In this document: positions 37,432 to 47,121 of the stretch, one piece after another
Layout: every line of letters starts with the position of its first letter
Position numbering within the stretch: position 1 is the stretch's first letter
Source of the DNA: an uncultured virus (IMG/VR IMGVR_UViG_3300007538_000026)
Taxonomy: Duplodnaviria; Heunggongvirae; Uroviricota; Caudoviricetes
Virus record (IMG/VR): IMGVR_UViG_3300007538_000026
Location: 1 to 64,000 of that record
DNA length: 64,000 nucleotides
Direction: 5' to 3' (one strand)
Notes under the pieces: generated by a model
What the model was told of the DNA's origin: nothing
What the model saw: only the letters and a program-made list of their open reading frames with translations
Database searches by the model: none
Position numbers and translations under genes: made by a program

Positions 37432-38962
37432 GTCTGAGCTCAGCACCACCGCACTGGACAGGAACGGCATCCAGCGGCTCCTGAACGATAACATCAGGGA
37501 CCTGCAGTTCGTGGATGTCAGCTCGTCCGAGTTCGCCAACCCGTCAGCGGGCTACACGGGCTACGCAGCGAACGGCTACTGGTACTTCCAAGGAGCTCTA
37601 CGGCCGCTGGAGGTACCGTACAAGGCGCTGTGGGCGCAGGAGGGCGAAGGCGCCCCGTCGCTGCACCGGGGGGATCTCGACTCCTTCCCTGACCGCATCC
37701 TCGTGGTGACGACCGACGTGGAGGTGGTGCTGCTCGACGCCGACAGCCTCGACGTGTGGATGCGCTTCGTCCTGCTGCTCGGACCGGCTGGCGGCGCCTA
37801 CGGCAACTTCCTTGGCGGGCCTGCCACCGAGATCTACCAGGCCAGGTTCTGCGAGGGTTACCTGGTAGTAGCCACCAGTGCGGGACTGCGCGTCGCAGAC
37901 TTCCGCCAGGATAGGGGGACGGTGCACGCGCAAGGGGACTCCATGCGCTCGCGGTACAAGGACGACGGGGCGCCCTACGTCGGACTCTCGCTGCGCAACG
38001 CCGATGAGTACCTCGAGTACGCCCCGCTGGCGGCGTCCGCTGACCTGGCTGACGACGTGACCTCTTGCTGTGCCGTGGCTCCTGTGGGGGACTCCGTTGT
38101 CGCGGCGCTGGGGACCCCGACGGGGCTCGCAGCGCTCGTGCTCTACGAAGGCGCTCTGGGGGTACCAACAGCCAAGACCCACGCGACGTTCTCGCAAGAC
38201 TACGCAGCCTCCGGCGGGCGCGCGCTGGACGACGCTGACGGCGACGCGGTGACGCCCTACTTCACGGACGACCCGCGCACGTGGGAGAGCGATGGAGTGC
38301 GCCCGGGAGACGTGCTCGCGCTGCCAGGGAGCTCCCACCGGGTGGTCGAGGTGACCGACCAGCACCTCGAGGTGGTACCGGAGCTCTCCGTGACTGCGCT
38401 GGAGGACGACTACACCATCTTCCGCCCGGTGTCTGCCGTGCTGGTGCGCGATGGCGGCGTGCTCTACTACGCGAACGGCACGACGCGGGTGGCGCGAGAG
38501 AGCACCGAGGACTGGTACACGGGCCCGGGCTTGCTGGACCCCTTCGGGGCGTCGGCCAACGGGGTGCCGCTGCACAGCTTGGTCACCGCGGTACACTGCA
38601 TCGTCCCGCGAGGCACGGACTACTACGTGGGCACCGACCTCGGTGTGTTCTTCGCCCCGGATGCGTCCTTCGACACGCAGACTGCCGCCGAGCTGCGCTA
38701 CGCCGCTTCCGAGGGCAGCGTGGCGGTCACCTACCCGGTCTTGGAGGGAGTGATCAACGAAGTGGTCGCCCTGGCAGTCGACCCGGAGACCGGGCACGTG
38801 CTGGTGGCCGCCACGGACGAGGCGGCCTCTTGCGTGACCGAGATCGACGTGAGCATCCACCAGGCGTTCCGCTACTTCGCGACCGACGACCTCGGGGGAA
38901 CAGTCAACGCCCTGGCGGCTTTCCGCAACCCCCAAGGCCCGCCTGACGCGGAGGTGAGCTGA
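37430..38962 (+). CDS. Putative beta-propeller-like tail/baseplate protein
   Basis: Blade-like motifs LVVATSAGL, YYVGTDLGV, VALAVDPETGHVLVA. Confidence 0.6.
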   Translation: MSELSTTALDRNGIQRLLNDNIRDLQFVDVSSSEFANPSAGYTGYAANGYWYFQGALRPLEVPYKALWAQEGEGAPSLHRGDLDSFPDRILVVTTDVEVVLLDADSLDVWMRFVLLLGPAGGAYGNFLGGPATEIYQARFCEGYLVVATSAGLRVADFRQDRGTVHAQGDSMRSRYKDDGAPYVGLSLRNADEYLEYAPLAASADLADDVTSCCAVAPVGDSVVAALGTPTGLAALVLYEGALGVPTAKTHATFSQDYAASGGRALDDADGDAVTPYFTDDPRTWESDGVRPGDVLALPGSSHRVVEVTDQHLEVVPELSVTALEDDYTIFRPVSAVLVRDGGVLYYANGTTRVARESTEDWYTGPGLLDPFGASANGVPLHSLVTAVHCIVPRGTDYYVGTDLGVFFAPDASFDTQTAAELRYAASEGSVAVTYPVLEGVINEVVALAVDPETGHVLVAATDEAASCVTEIDVSIHQAFRYFATDDLGGTVNALAAFRNPQGPPDAEVS

Positions 38963-41937
38963 TGGCGTACGTTCTGGGAGGATCGTTTGGCGGGGTGTTC
39001 GAAGCAGCCTCGCTCTCGGTCATCGAGCAGCAGTACGATCCCGTCTACGGGACGGCCATCGACACCAGCTTCCTCTGGAACCTCTTGGGGAGCTACTACC
39101 GCACGGTCATGGCCGATCACGAGGTGTTCGAGGCCGTGTGGGACGCCATGCTTCGCGTGCAAGCGGCGGACCTGCTGCACCTCTGGGAGGTGGACTACTC
39201 CAAGAGCCTGCGAGACGTTCCGGTCTACTCGCAGCGGATGTGGCTGAAGTACGAGTTCATGCAGGACGTGGCGTTCACGGAGGACCCGGGCTTCCTCGAA
39301 GCGGGGACGCCGGACATGTTCGCCTACGGGAGCAGTGAGCTCGCAAGCGTCTGGACGAACCGTGCGGCGTTGTCCGATGGAGCTTGGCTGGAGCTGCGGG
39401 GAGAAGTCACCGAGGCGGCCTCGCTGGCGTGGACTGCGCGCATGCGGTTCGACGCGGTGGAGCGGCACGGGACGGCGCTGTGCGGCTACGGCAGCTCGAC
39501 GGCGACGGGCATGGCAGGGATGATCCTGGCGGGCGTCGTCGGGGACTCGTCCAGCGAGGATGCCCCGTACCCGGTCCTCGTGCACCTGGATCCCGCCGGC
39601 GGGTTGACCTACCGGAAGGCCGCTGCCGTGCTGTCGACCGAGGTCGAGTACGACTTCGTGGTCGCCTACCGGGCAGCCGATGGCGCCCTGACCCTCGAAG
39701 TGCTCGAGGTAGAGGCGGTGAAGGTCTCCGGGGTGAGCGGGTACACCGGGGACGAGAACGAGATCTACTCGTCGGAGTTCGCCGATGACACGGCCGAGTT
39801 CGTGTCGGAGGGGGTCGTGCCCGGGGACTACCTGGTCTACGCCGGTACGAGCTACGAGATCCTGACGGTGACGGAGACCACCCTGACCGTCACCACCGGC
39901 CTGCTCCCCGCCAGCGCTACTGGACTGAGCTACGAAGTGCGCGGAGCGCACCAGGTGGCGGCGTTGGCCATGACGCTACCGGCAGTGGCGGCTGACCCGG
40001 GGTTCACCGTGGACAGGTTCGGTACGTGCGCGTTCGACTTGAGGCACCGCGCGGCGGGCTTCATAGGGACCGTGGCTGTGGCGAATCGCCGGCGAGTGCG
40101 CGGCGCCGTGACTGGACTGAGCTACTTCGACCCGGTCGACGCCAACACGGTTGTCTCCGTGCCGTTGCTGCAGGACAAGGTGGGCGCCCCGACGGCGATG
40201 CTCTACGAGGGCACGGACTTCACCATCCAGGACTCGGTGTTCCTCTTCCAGGAGCCGCCCACGGCCGCCTGGTGGGCGCCGTACGCTCGCTACGACGAGG
40301 CCTTCATCGAGAACAACTTCGGCGTCGCCGTCGGCTTGTCGGAGGCGTCGTCCGAGGACTACCTGGCCAAGGTGCGCGGCCTCTTCTACGCCTACTACAA
40401 GGGCCCCACCCCCGCGGCGCTTCGGACAGGAGTGCAGATCATGCTCGGGCTCCCCATTGCGGCGAGCGCGGGCGCAGTCGAGGCGGTCAACCCGAGCTAC
40501 TCGGGGCAGTACGGGCAGATCGTGATCGGCGGGAAGGGGTACCTGTACCCGCTGGCTGTGGGGACCGACCTCGTAGTCGGGGACGAGGTGGATGCCTACC
40601 AGCCGCTCTCCCTTGGCGTGGAGATCCGGGACTGGCTGAGTCACCCCGAGTGGTTCCTTCCCCTGGGGCTCTCGGAGATCGAGAAGTACCACACCTTCTG
40701 TGTGCTGGTGAACCTCGATGCGTTCAACACCGCCGACCTCACGCAGGCCGCCAGCTTCGTCGAGCGGCTCCGGCCTACGTGGAAGTCTGCCCTCTTCGTG
40801 GGCTACAAGGAGGTCGCGGACACCATCGATATCGACGACAGCATGACGGTGGCCATCGCGTACACCTTGGTGGACACGCTGTGCTCCGGTCCCCTGGTGG
40901 CCTACGACGACGCTGAGTGGGAAGGCGACGAGGCCGACTGGAGGTTCGACCAGGGGGAGGTTGACTGGGAGGCCACGAGTGCGGCCATGCGGGGGAGTGC
41001 CGTGCACCGTACCAAGGTGCTGACGCTCGGACTGTACGGCCCTGCTGGGCAGCGTGAGCGCCTCTCGGGAGTGCTCACGCTCACGGATGCCAGCGCGGTG
41101 GTTCTGGGCACGGGTACGGCCTTCCTCTCCGAGATCGGAGGCCCCGGCGCTGTGGCGGACACCTACCTTCTGTTCGAGGACCCGGTGACCGGCGAGCTCG
41201 CTACCTGGTGCCGCGTGCTCGCCGTGCTCGACGATGAGACCCTCACGCTCACCGCGGCCTTCTCGGGAGACACCGGGGACTACCTGGCCGCTCTCGGGGA
41301 TCCTGACTACCGCAAGGTCTACTTCGACCAGTACCACGAGCTGCATCCGGAGGAGCGCCTCACGGTGGTGCTGGGAACTTCCCCCGGCATCGCGGAGACC
41401 ATGCTGACCGGGAGAGCCAGCTGCGGCGTCGGGGAGACCTGGCTCCACGGAGAGCTGTCGGACTGGCTGGCAGAGATCGGCAGTGGAGCCGTGGTGGACA
41501 AGTACGTCGTCTTCCCGGACGGGGAGTGGGTGCGCGTGTCCTTCGTGGACGACCCCGAGTCCGCTACGCTGGCCTCCCCCGCGCCCGCGACGCACACCGA
41601 GGTGCTCATCTTCTTGGCAGACGATGTGCTCGCCGGGACGCTGGACTTCCTCGCCGGCAGCGCCACGGTGGCGACGACGGACAACCTCGTAGGCGTCGTG
41701 GCCCCTGGTGACTGCGTGCAAGCGGTCCCCGGGAGCGGGCCGGTGGTCGAGGTGCAGAGCGTCGCGGCCGGAAGCCTCACGCTGGTGGACGACTACCCGG
41801 GCGCCGACGCTCTCGGGACCAAGGCCATCAACCGGGGCGCGTGGTCCGACGTCGTGACGGGGCTCGGGGACCTCACAGGGTGGTACGGGACGGCTGGAGG
41901 GACTGCCACCTACCAGGTGCCCGAGGAGTCCCCATGA
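38962..41937 (+). CDS. Large baseplate wedge/tail protein (gpI-like core plus appended domains)
   Basis: 991 aa. YLAKVRGLFYAYYKGPTPAALR...VERLRPTWK resembles wedge gpI cores. Confidence 0.55.
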   Translation: MAYVLGGSFGGVFEAASLSVIEQQYDPVYGTAIDTSFLWNLLGSYYRTVMADHEVFEAVWDAMLRVQAADLLHLWEVDYSKSLRDVPVYSQRMWLKYEFMQDVAFTEDPGFLEAGTPDMFAYGSSELASVWTNRAALSDGAWLELRGEVTEAASLAWTARMRFDAVERHGTALCGYGSSTATGMAGMILAGVVGDSSSEDAPYPVLVHLDPAGGLTYRKAAAVLSTEVEYDFVVAYRAADGALTLEVLEVEAVKVSGVSGYTGDENEIYSSEFADDTAEFVSEGVVPGDYLVYAGTSYEILTVTETTLTVTTGLLPASATGLSYEVRGAHQVAALAMTLPAVAADPGFTVDRFGTCAFDLRHRAAGFIGTVAVANRRRVRGAVTGLSYFDPVDANTVVSVPLLQDKVGAPTAMLYEGTDFTIQDSVFLFQEPPTAAWWAPYARYDEAFIENNFGVAVGLSEASSEDYLAKVRGLFYAYYKGPTPAALRTGVQIMLGLPIAASAGAVEAVNPSYSGQYGQIVIGGKGYLYPLAVGTDLVVGDEVDAYQPLSLGVEIRDWLSHPEWFLPLGLSEIEKYHTFCVLVNLDAFNTADLTQAASFVERLRPTWKSALFVGYKEVADTIDIDDSMTVAIAYTLVDTLCSGPLVAYDDAEWEGDEADWRFDQGEVDWEATSAAMRGSAVHRTKVLTLGLYGPAGQRERLSGVLTLTDASAVVLGTGTAFLSEIGGPGAVADTYLLFEDPVTGELATWCRVLAVLDDETLTLTAAFSGDTGDYLAALGDPDYRKVYFDQYHELHPEERLTVVLGTSPGIAETMLTGRASCGVGETWLHGELSDWLAEIGSGAVVDKYVVFPDGEWVRVSFVDDPESATLASPAPATHTEVLIFLADDVLAGTLDFLAGSATVATTDNLVGVVAPGDCVQAVPGSGPVVEVQSVAAGSLTLVDDYPGADALGTKAINRGAWSDVVTGLGDLTGWYGTAGGTATYQVPEESP

Positions 41938-42092
41938 GCTTCCTGAAGCCCCTGGTCGACCGCCTCCGACCGCGGGACACCGTGCAGGTGTTGTTGAAGA
42001 AGGACGGGAAGCCTGTCGCCGCGGCGTACGCGGATGATAAGGTGAAGCACGCAACGACCCCGGAGAAGCCTGATGTTCGCCCTCATCGTTAA
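41934..42092 (+). CDS. Small hypothetical protein resembling the N-terminus of the next gene
   Basis: GAGGAG RBS and ATGA overlap. Confidence 0.4.
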   Translation: MSFLKPLVDRLRPRDTVQVLLKKDGKPVAAAYADDKVKHATTPEKPDVRPHR

Positions 42093-42654
42093 GGCCAGGT
42101 TCTGGCTGCGGTCTCTGGTCAAGGCTGGCCAGGCGTTCGTGGATACGCTGAAGCCCAGCGGTCACGTTGAGGTCGTTCTGCGGTACGCAGACGGCCCGTT
42201 GGCGGGGCAGGTGGCCCGCGTGCTGCGCGGACGCAACGTGGTGACGGGGTTCGTGTCCTTCCCGGCGACGCCCCCCTACTCGGGGAGGGACATCGTCCGG
42301 CGCCTCATCGTTCCCGCGGCCCAGGCCGGGAGTCTGAGCACCAACGATGACGTCACGGTGCAGTACTGTGAGCTGGGCGACGGCACCGCCGCCGAGACCG
42401 CAGCGGACACCGACCTGCAGTCCGCCATCTCACCGAGTACCCTGAAGGCACTGGCCGAGGTGGAGTACGACACCGCCAACCCCTACGTCACCTTCATCTT
42501 CAACTACGACGAGAGCGAGGCCAACACGGAGATCTCCGAGATGTGCTTGCGCTCTGGTTCGACACCTGCCGACTTCTGGGCGCGGAAGACCATCACGCCG
42601 TTCACGAAGACCTCGGAGTTCACGATGCAGGTGCGCTGGCAGATCCGGGTGTAG
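42073..42654 (+). CDS. Tail-collar/baseplate-associated protein
   Basis: NVVT...GR...ELGDGT...ADTDL...EAN..ISEMCL...ARK...KTS..T...WQI. Confidence 0.6.
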   Translation: MFALIVKARFWLRSLVKAGQAFVDTLKPSGHVEVVLRYADGPLAGQVARVLRGRNVVTGFVSFPATPPYSGRDIVRRLIVPAAQAGSLSTNDDVTVQYCELGDGTAAETAADTDLQSAISPSTLKALAEVEYDTANPYVTFIFNYDESEANTEISEMCLRSGSTPADFWARKTITPFTKTSEFTMQVRWQIRV

Positions 42655-42657
42655 CGC

Positions 42658-45168
42658 ATGAGCATCTCCGACAAGCTCAGTACCCATGCCGAGATGACGG
42701 CGGACCTCGAGTTCGTCCAGTACCTCGAGCAGCTCGTCTCGGGCTCCGAGGCATCCGGCACGGGCGTCAACAGGTCGCTGGAGCGCCTGGCCTACGGGCT
42801 CGACGCGCTGCTGGATACGGTCCAGGGGACCAAGGGGCTGTTCATCACGGGCGGGGGTGTCATCGCCTGGAGCCATGCCACCAACCAGCTGACGTGGTCG
42901 GCCCACATCTACTTCTACTTCCCCCACGAGCTCGGCGGCGCCGCCTGGAATCGCCTCCCCGTGGGGTCGAGTCCTCTCACCATCGACGCTTCCGGGAAGG
43001 TGGCCTACGTCGTCTTTGACCGTACGACGGACGCCAACGTGGCATCCGTGGGCGTGGCGAACAGCATGGCGGCGTTCATGGCCACGCTCTCGGGGGACAA
43101 GGACCGCCTGGACTACCATCCTGTGGCCTACCGGGACGGCGACGACCTCATCCTGTGGGACGGCCGTAGGGTGCGCTCGGGCTACTCCCTCTCGGTCAAC
43201 GGCTTCCGGGACACCCAGTATGCGCAGCAGACCGAGGTCACGGCCATGCGCGCCCGGGAACGGGATGACCTCAAGCTGAGGCTGCACGGCGGAGGTACGG
43301 TCTCCTGGGACGAGGGTACTGGGGAGCTCGCTTGGGACGGCCAGCTGCACATCGCCTTCCCCCACAAGAGCGGGGACAACTACATCCCGGCCGGGAGCGT
43401 GACCCTGACTGCGGGTGACGTGGCCTACGTGACTCTGAACAGGGCGCCCGGGGGAGGGAGCATCGATCTCGGAGCCCCTACGGTCGTCGCAGACGGGTCT
43501 GTCCCCGACGGGGACGGGCAGGAGGATGTCTTCGTCATCGCCCTGCGCGACGCGACAGACGGCCGCGTGTACCTGGCGGACGGGACGGCCCTGTCCGACG
43601 GCGAAGCGGTGCTGCTCGGCGGCGTGCGTTCCGGGCTCCAGTGGGCCTACTTCTCTGCGGGGGATGACGCTCAGGTCACGGACCTGACCGAGGGAGGGGC
43701 CTACAGCAACCGGGCCTATCGGGTTGGCTCCAAGGAGCTGATGGTCTACAGGAACGGTGCGAAGGCTCGCGGGGCGCTGAACTGCTACTGGGCAGGCGGG
43801 GTCTACCCCTTCACGGGGGCGCTGGTGGGGACGTACACCGACGAGGACCACTACGTCGAGTACGACGACGGAGACGGCACGGGGTCCAAGATCATCTGGA
43901 TCGCTGACCTGCAGGCCGTGGCAGAGCCCATCTACCACGCCCCGGGCGCTCGCCTTCCTGCTACGCGCGCGCTCTTCACGTGGCCCAGCACGGACGACTG
44001 GCTGGAGGTCTTCGTCGGGCTGCACGGTGAAGGGCCCAGCCCGGTCGAGTCCATCGGCTTGGAGCCCGAGCCGGGTGACGGTCCCTTGGAGGGTGCCGTC
44101 AAGCTGAAGGAAGGCACCAACATCACGATGACCTACGAGTTGGCGACGAACTCGATCATCATCTCCGCGTCGGTCACCGCTGGCGTGAACAGCCTCTCCG
44201 TGGATGGCGGAGACCAGCGCACGGGCAACATCGATATCGTCAGCGGGCCGGGGATCGAGGTCGTCGACGGCGAGACCACGTTCACCATCAACAACCTCAT
44301 CACGTCCCTGGCGGACCTGACCGGGGTCGATGCAGACCTCGAGGATGCCATCCTCGATGCCGGGGACTCTCCCCTGGGTACCTTCCCGCCCAGCGCGGAC
44401 AACCCCCTGGTGACCTACGAGGGCCTGCTCGCGTCGCTGGGCGTGAGCTCGACGACGTCCCCTGTGTGGGGCTTCGACGTGATCCTGTTCACGGCGGATG
44501 CAGTCCACCTCGGGATCGGTGCGGTTCACCTCGACGGAACGGTCTACCAGGCAACCGCCGCCCTCTCGGTCGAAGTCTCCGACGTCGTGGCCGGCGAAGC
44601 TGTGCTGACCGACGACTGGAACTTCATCTACGTGGGCTACGACGAGGGCGCCGGCGCGCTGGCGGGCTTCGTCTCGCCGACGGCCCCAGGCCTCGGAGGG
44701 CTGCACCCATCGCCGCCCGGGGACTACGCTCTGCGGTGCCTCACCAGCGTCTACGTGACCTCGGGCAGTGAGTTCAAGCGGGGGGTGAAGCAGGGCGGCT
44801 GGGTCACGCTCGAAGACCCGGTCAGCACCGGGACGTCCGTGGACATCGCCGGCGGGAGTGCGCTGAACGACATCGGCGCGGCGCTCCCCGACGGCGGGAG
44901 TCACGTGCCCGCTGTTGCGCTGCGCATCTCCCTCCTGCTGTACAGCTCGGGGAGCCTTCGGCTCGGCTACGACGGCTCGGAGGGGACGGACTACACCTAC
45001 GTCTACCAGGGCGGGGATGCTGGGGAGTACGTCACCTACGACATCAAGACCACCATCGGAGCTGAGCGGAAGGTGCGGACGATCCTCAACGCTCAGGTCA
45101 GTGCCCAGCTCGGCTACTGGCTCGTCGGGTATGCCGAGAGCTTCCACGCGTTCGGGGACTGGAGGTAG
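42658..45168 (+). CDS. Putative tail fibre/spike protein
   Basis: 836 aa with an internal duplicated GGG..W....L.W domain and GVNSL...TGNI fibre-like segments. Confidence 0.6.
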   Translation: MSISDKLSTHAEMTADLEFVQYLEQLVSGSEASGTGVNRSLERLAYGLDALLDTVQGTKGLFITGGGVIAWSHATNQLTWSAHIYFYFPHELGGAAWNRLPVGSSPLTIDASGKVAYVVFDRTTDANVASVGVANSMAAFMATLSGDKDRLDYHPVAYRDGDDLILWDGRRVRSGYSLSVNGFRDTQYAQQTEVTAMRARERDDLKLRLHGGGTVSWDEGTGELAWDGQLHIAFPHKSGDNYIPAGSVTLTAGDVAYVTLNRAPGGGSIDLGAPTVVADGSVPDGDGQEDVFVIALRDATDGRVYLADGTALSDGEAVLLGGVRSGLQWAYFSAGDDAQVTDLTEGGAYSNRAYRVGSKELMVYRNGAKARGALNCYWAGGVYPFTGALVGTYTDEDHYVEYDDGDGTGSKIIWIADLQAVAEPIYHAPGARLPATRALFTWPSTDDWLEVFVGLHGEGPSPVESIGLEPEPGDGPLEGAVKLKEGTNITMTYELATNSIIISASVTAGVNSLSVDGGDQRTGNIDIVSGPGIEVVDGETTFTINNLITSLADLTGVDADLEDAILDAGDSPLGTFPPSADNPLVTYEGLLASLGVSSTTSPVWGFDVILFTADAVHLGIGAVHLDGTVYQATAALSVEVSDVVAGEAVLTDDWNFIYVGYDEGAGALAGFVSPTAPGLGGLHPSPPGDYALRCLTSVYVTSGSEFKRGVKQGGWVTLEDPVSTGTSVDIAGGSALNDIGAALPDGGSHVPAVALRISLLLYSSGSLRLGYDGSEGTDYTYVYQGGDAGEYVTYDIKTTIGAERKVRTILNAQVSAQLGYWLVGYAESFHAFGDWR

Positions 45169-45170
45169 AC

Positions 45171-46694
45171 ATGACCGGTGGTGGACTGAAGCGCGAGCAG
45201 ACCGCATCGGCGGAGAGCACGCAGAACACGCGGCAGGACAGGAACCTCTTCATCACCGATGGCGGGGTGTTCACCTGGGACGCCTCGACGGGCATCGTGG
45301 AGTGGGACGCGCCCATCAAGGTGCGCGTAGGCACCTTGGGGGAGCACACCATCCCGGCGGGGAGCCAGCCGGGCCTGGCTTCGGACGGCTTCGCTGCGGT
45401 CATCCAGCTCGACCGGGAGGCCGAGGATCCCACGCTCAGCGTGGTGCTCCGGGAGATGGACAACACCACCATGCTCCAGTCGGACACGGGGCTCGTGCTC
45501 TGCGTGCGCGCGGCTGACGGGCGGCTGCACTTCCGGGACGGCACGGTGTTCAACTCAGGAGACCAGCGGCGCCTCGGAACCACGCAGCCGTCGGACGTCG
45601 AGCGCACCGACTTCGAGTCGGACGGGCGCGCCTGGCCGGCTACCTACTACGCTCTCGGGGACACGGTGATCGCTGGCAGTGACGGCGTCATCTCGGCTGA
45701 CGGCAACACCTTCAGCAGCGCCACGGGTGGCTTCCTGGCCGCTGTGGCCGAGGGCGACTACGTCGCTCTGCGCGCGTACCAGGAGCACGTCGAGGTCATC
45801 TCCGTCGACGACGACAACACCCTCACCATCGACGGCTCCGCGAACGGGCCCTCGACCGGGGAGCCCTTCCGGGTGATTCGGGCGCCTGTCGTCTACTTGA
45901 CCGGGGCCGAGCAGCTGCGCGTGGAGGTCGGTGGACTGGGCCAGGTCGCCGGGACTCACTACAACGAGGTCGGACCTCTCGGGACCCTTTCTTCGTGGAT
46001 CCGGTTCGCGAACGGGGAGGAGCCCGGTGCGGGCGAGAGCATCACGGCCTACAACCTGGCAGGCGCACAGGGGCCTGCCGGGCCCGCCCAGTACCAGGAC
46101 CTCCAAGAGGTCTACGACCATGGTAGCTCCAAGAAGGTCGATACGACGGCGGACGACGAGCCTGTCGTGCTGACGGGTTCGGGAGCGAACCCTGTGATCG
46201 AGGTCGGAACCGAGGGCGGAGTCGAGGACCTCATCAAGCTCTGCGCTGATGGCACCATCGAGTGCGCGGGGTTGCGCATCCCAGACGGTACGGGATCCTA
46301 CTGGGTCTTCGGCATCGGCGGGGCCGCTTCGCTGAGCGTGGCGAACGACGGCGACGCGGACAGCCAGGCCCGCTTCCACAAGACGGGAGGCCTCGGCTGG
46401 GGAGCAGGAGACGAGCTCCGCTGGGCCGAGTTCGCGGGGTCCATGAACGCCGGCGGCGCTACGATCATCGCAACGGGCTTGGCGGGCATCAAGGGGTGCC
46501 TGCTGCTCCTCGAGGACACGGTCACCGGGTTCCACTACGCGGTGGAGATGCAGCTCGCCGACAACGCCAACCGGCGGAGCGTCGTCTCCTGGGACCCTGC
46601 GGGCAATCTCCAGATCTCGGGGGACTGGCTGGTGACCGCTCCGGTAGGGGTCAACCTGCAGGGCGGAGACTACACCCTCATCGTCTTCTACTGA
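45171..46694 (+). CDS. Putative tail fibre protein
   Basis: 507 aa. N-terminal domain paralogous to the previous gene, short GAQGPAGPA collagen-like stretch. Confidence 0.6.
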   Translation: MTGGGLKREQTASAESTQNTRQDRNLFITDGGVFTWDASTGIVEWDAPIKVRVGTLGEHTIPAGSQPGLASDGFAAVIQLDREAEDPTLSVVLREMDNTTMLQSDTGLVLCVRAADGRLHFRDGTVFNSGDQRRLGTTQPSDVERTDFESDGRAWPATYYALGDTVIAGSDGVISADGNTFSSATGGFLAAVAEGDYVALRAYQEHVEVISVDDDNTLTIDGSANGPSTGEPFRVIRAPVVYLTGAEQLRVEVGGLGQVAGTHYNEVGPLGTLSSWIRFANGEEPGAGESITAYNLAGAQGPAGPAQYQDLQEVYDHGSSKKVDTTADDEPVVLTGSGANPVIEVGTEGGVEDLIKLCADGTIECAGLRIPDGTGSYWVFGIGGAASLSVANDGDADSQARFHKTGGLGWGAGDELRWAEFAGSMNAGGATIIATGLAGIKGCLLLLEDTVTGFHYAVEMQLADNANRRSVVSWDPAGNLQISGDWLVTAPVGVNLQGGDYTLIVFY

Positions 46695-46701
46695 GGTCGC
46701 G

Positions 46702-47037
46702 ATGTTCTACTACGTGGTGAACGTGAAGAGTGAGCAGGTGCTGCTGCGAGGGTCGCGCCCGATCACTCCCCGGCAGGGCGAAGCAGTCATCGGAAGTGCG
46801 CTGAAGCTCAAGCCGCGAGAGGCGGCGGTGGTGGATGGCGTGATCGTCCGCAAGCCCCCCAGTGAGGTGGCGCAGGAGCGCAGGCAGCATGCCGAGGCCG
46901 CAGACGTGGTCGAGATGCAGACGATGCGGGACCTCTCCGAGTTCGAGCAGCTGTACGCCGCTCAGTCGGAGGACATGAAGCGGCTCATCTGCTTGGCCCT
47001 GATGCTCCCCCGGGACCTCGTACTGGGCCGCATGTAG
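46702..47037 (+). CDS. Hypothetical protein (possible fibre assembly chaperone)
   Basis: GAGG RBS. Last gene of the structural block. Confidence 0.55.
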   Translation: MFYYVVNVKSEQVLLRGSRPITPRQGEAVIGSALKLKPREAAVVDGVIVRKPPSEVAQERRQHAEAADVVEMQTMRDLSEFEQLYAAQSEDMKRLICLALMLPRDLVLGRM

Positions 47038-47060
47038 GCGAAAGGCGACCCTAAGCAGGT

Positions 47061-47093
47061 GGAGGGGTCGCCCTTTCTCGGGGCGACCCCTCC
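47061..47093. terminator. Hairpin between the convergent structural and replication blocks
   Basis: GGAGGGGTCGCCC-tttctcg-GGGCGACCCCTCC 13-bp stem. Confidence 0.7.
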
Positions 47094-47121
47094 GGGGTTG
47101 CGGGAGGAGGCAGTACCCGCG

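Noticed and set aside
5736..47037. Extracellular contractile injection system/tailocin rather than phage
   Set aside because: The adjacent complete replication module, head-decoration-like genes and sigma factor fit a large phage better, although head genes lie outside the window.
42658..47037. Diversity-generating retroelement or invertible fibre cassette
   Set aside because: No reverse transcriptase, invertase or near-identical TR/VR nucleotide repeat was seen.
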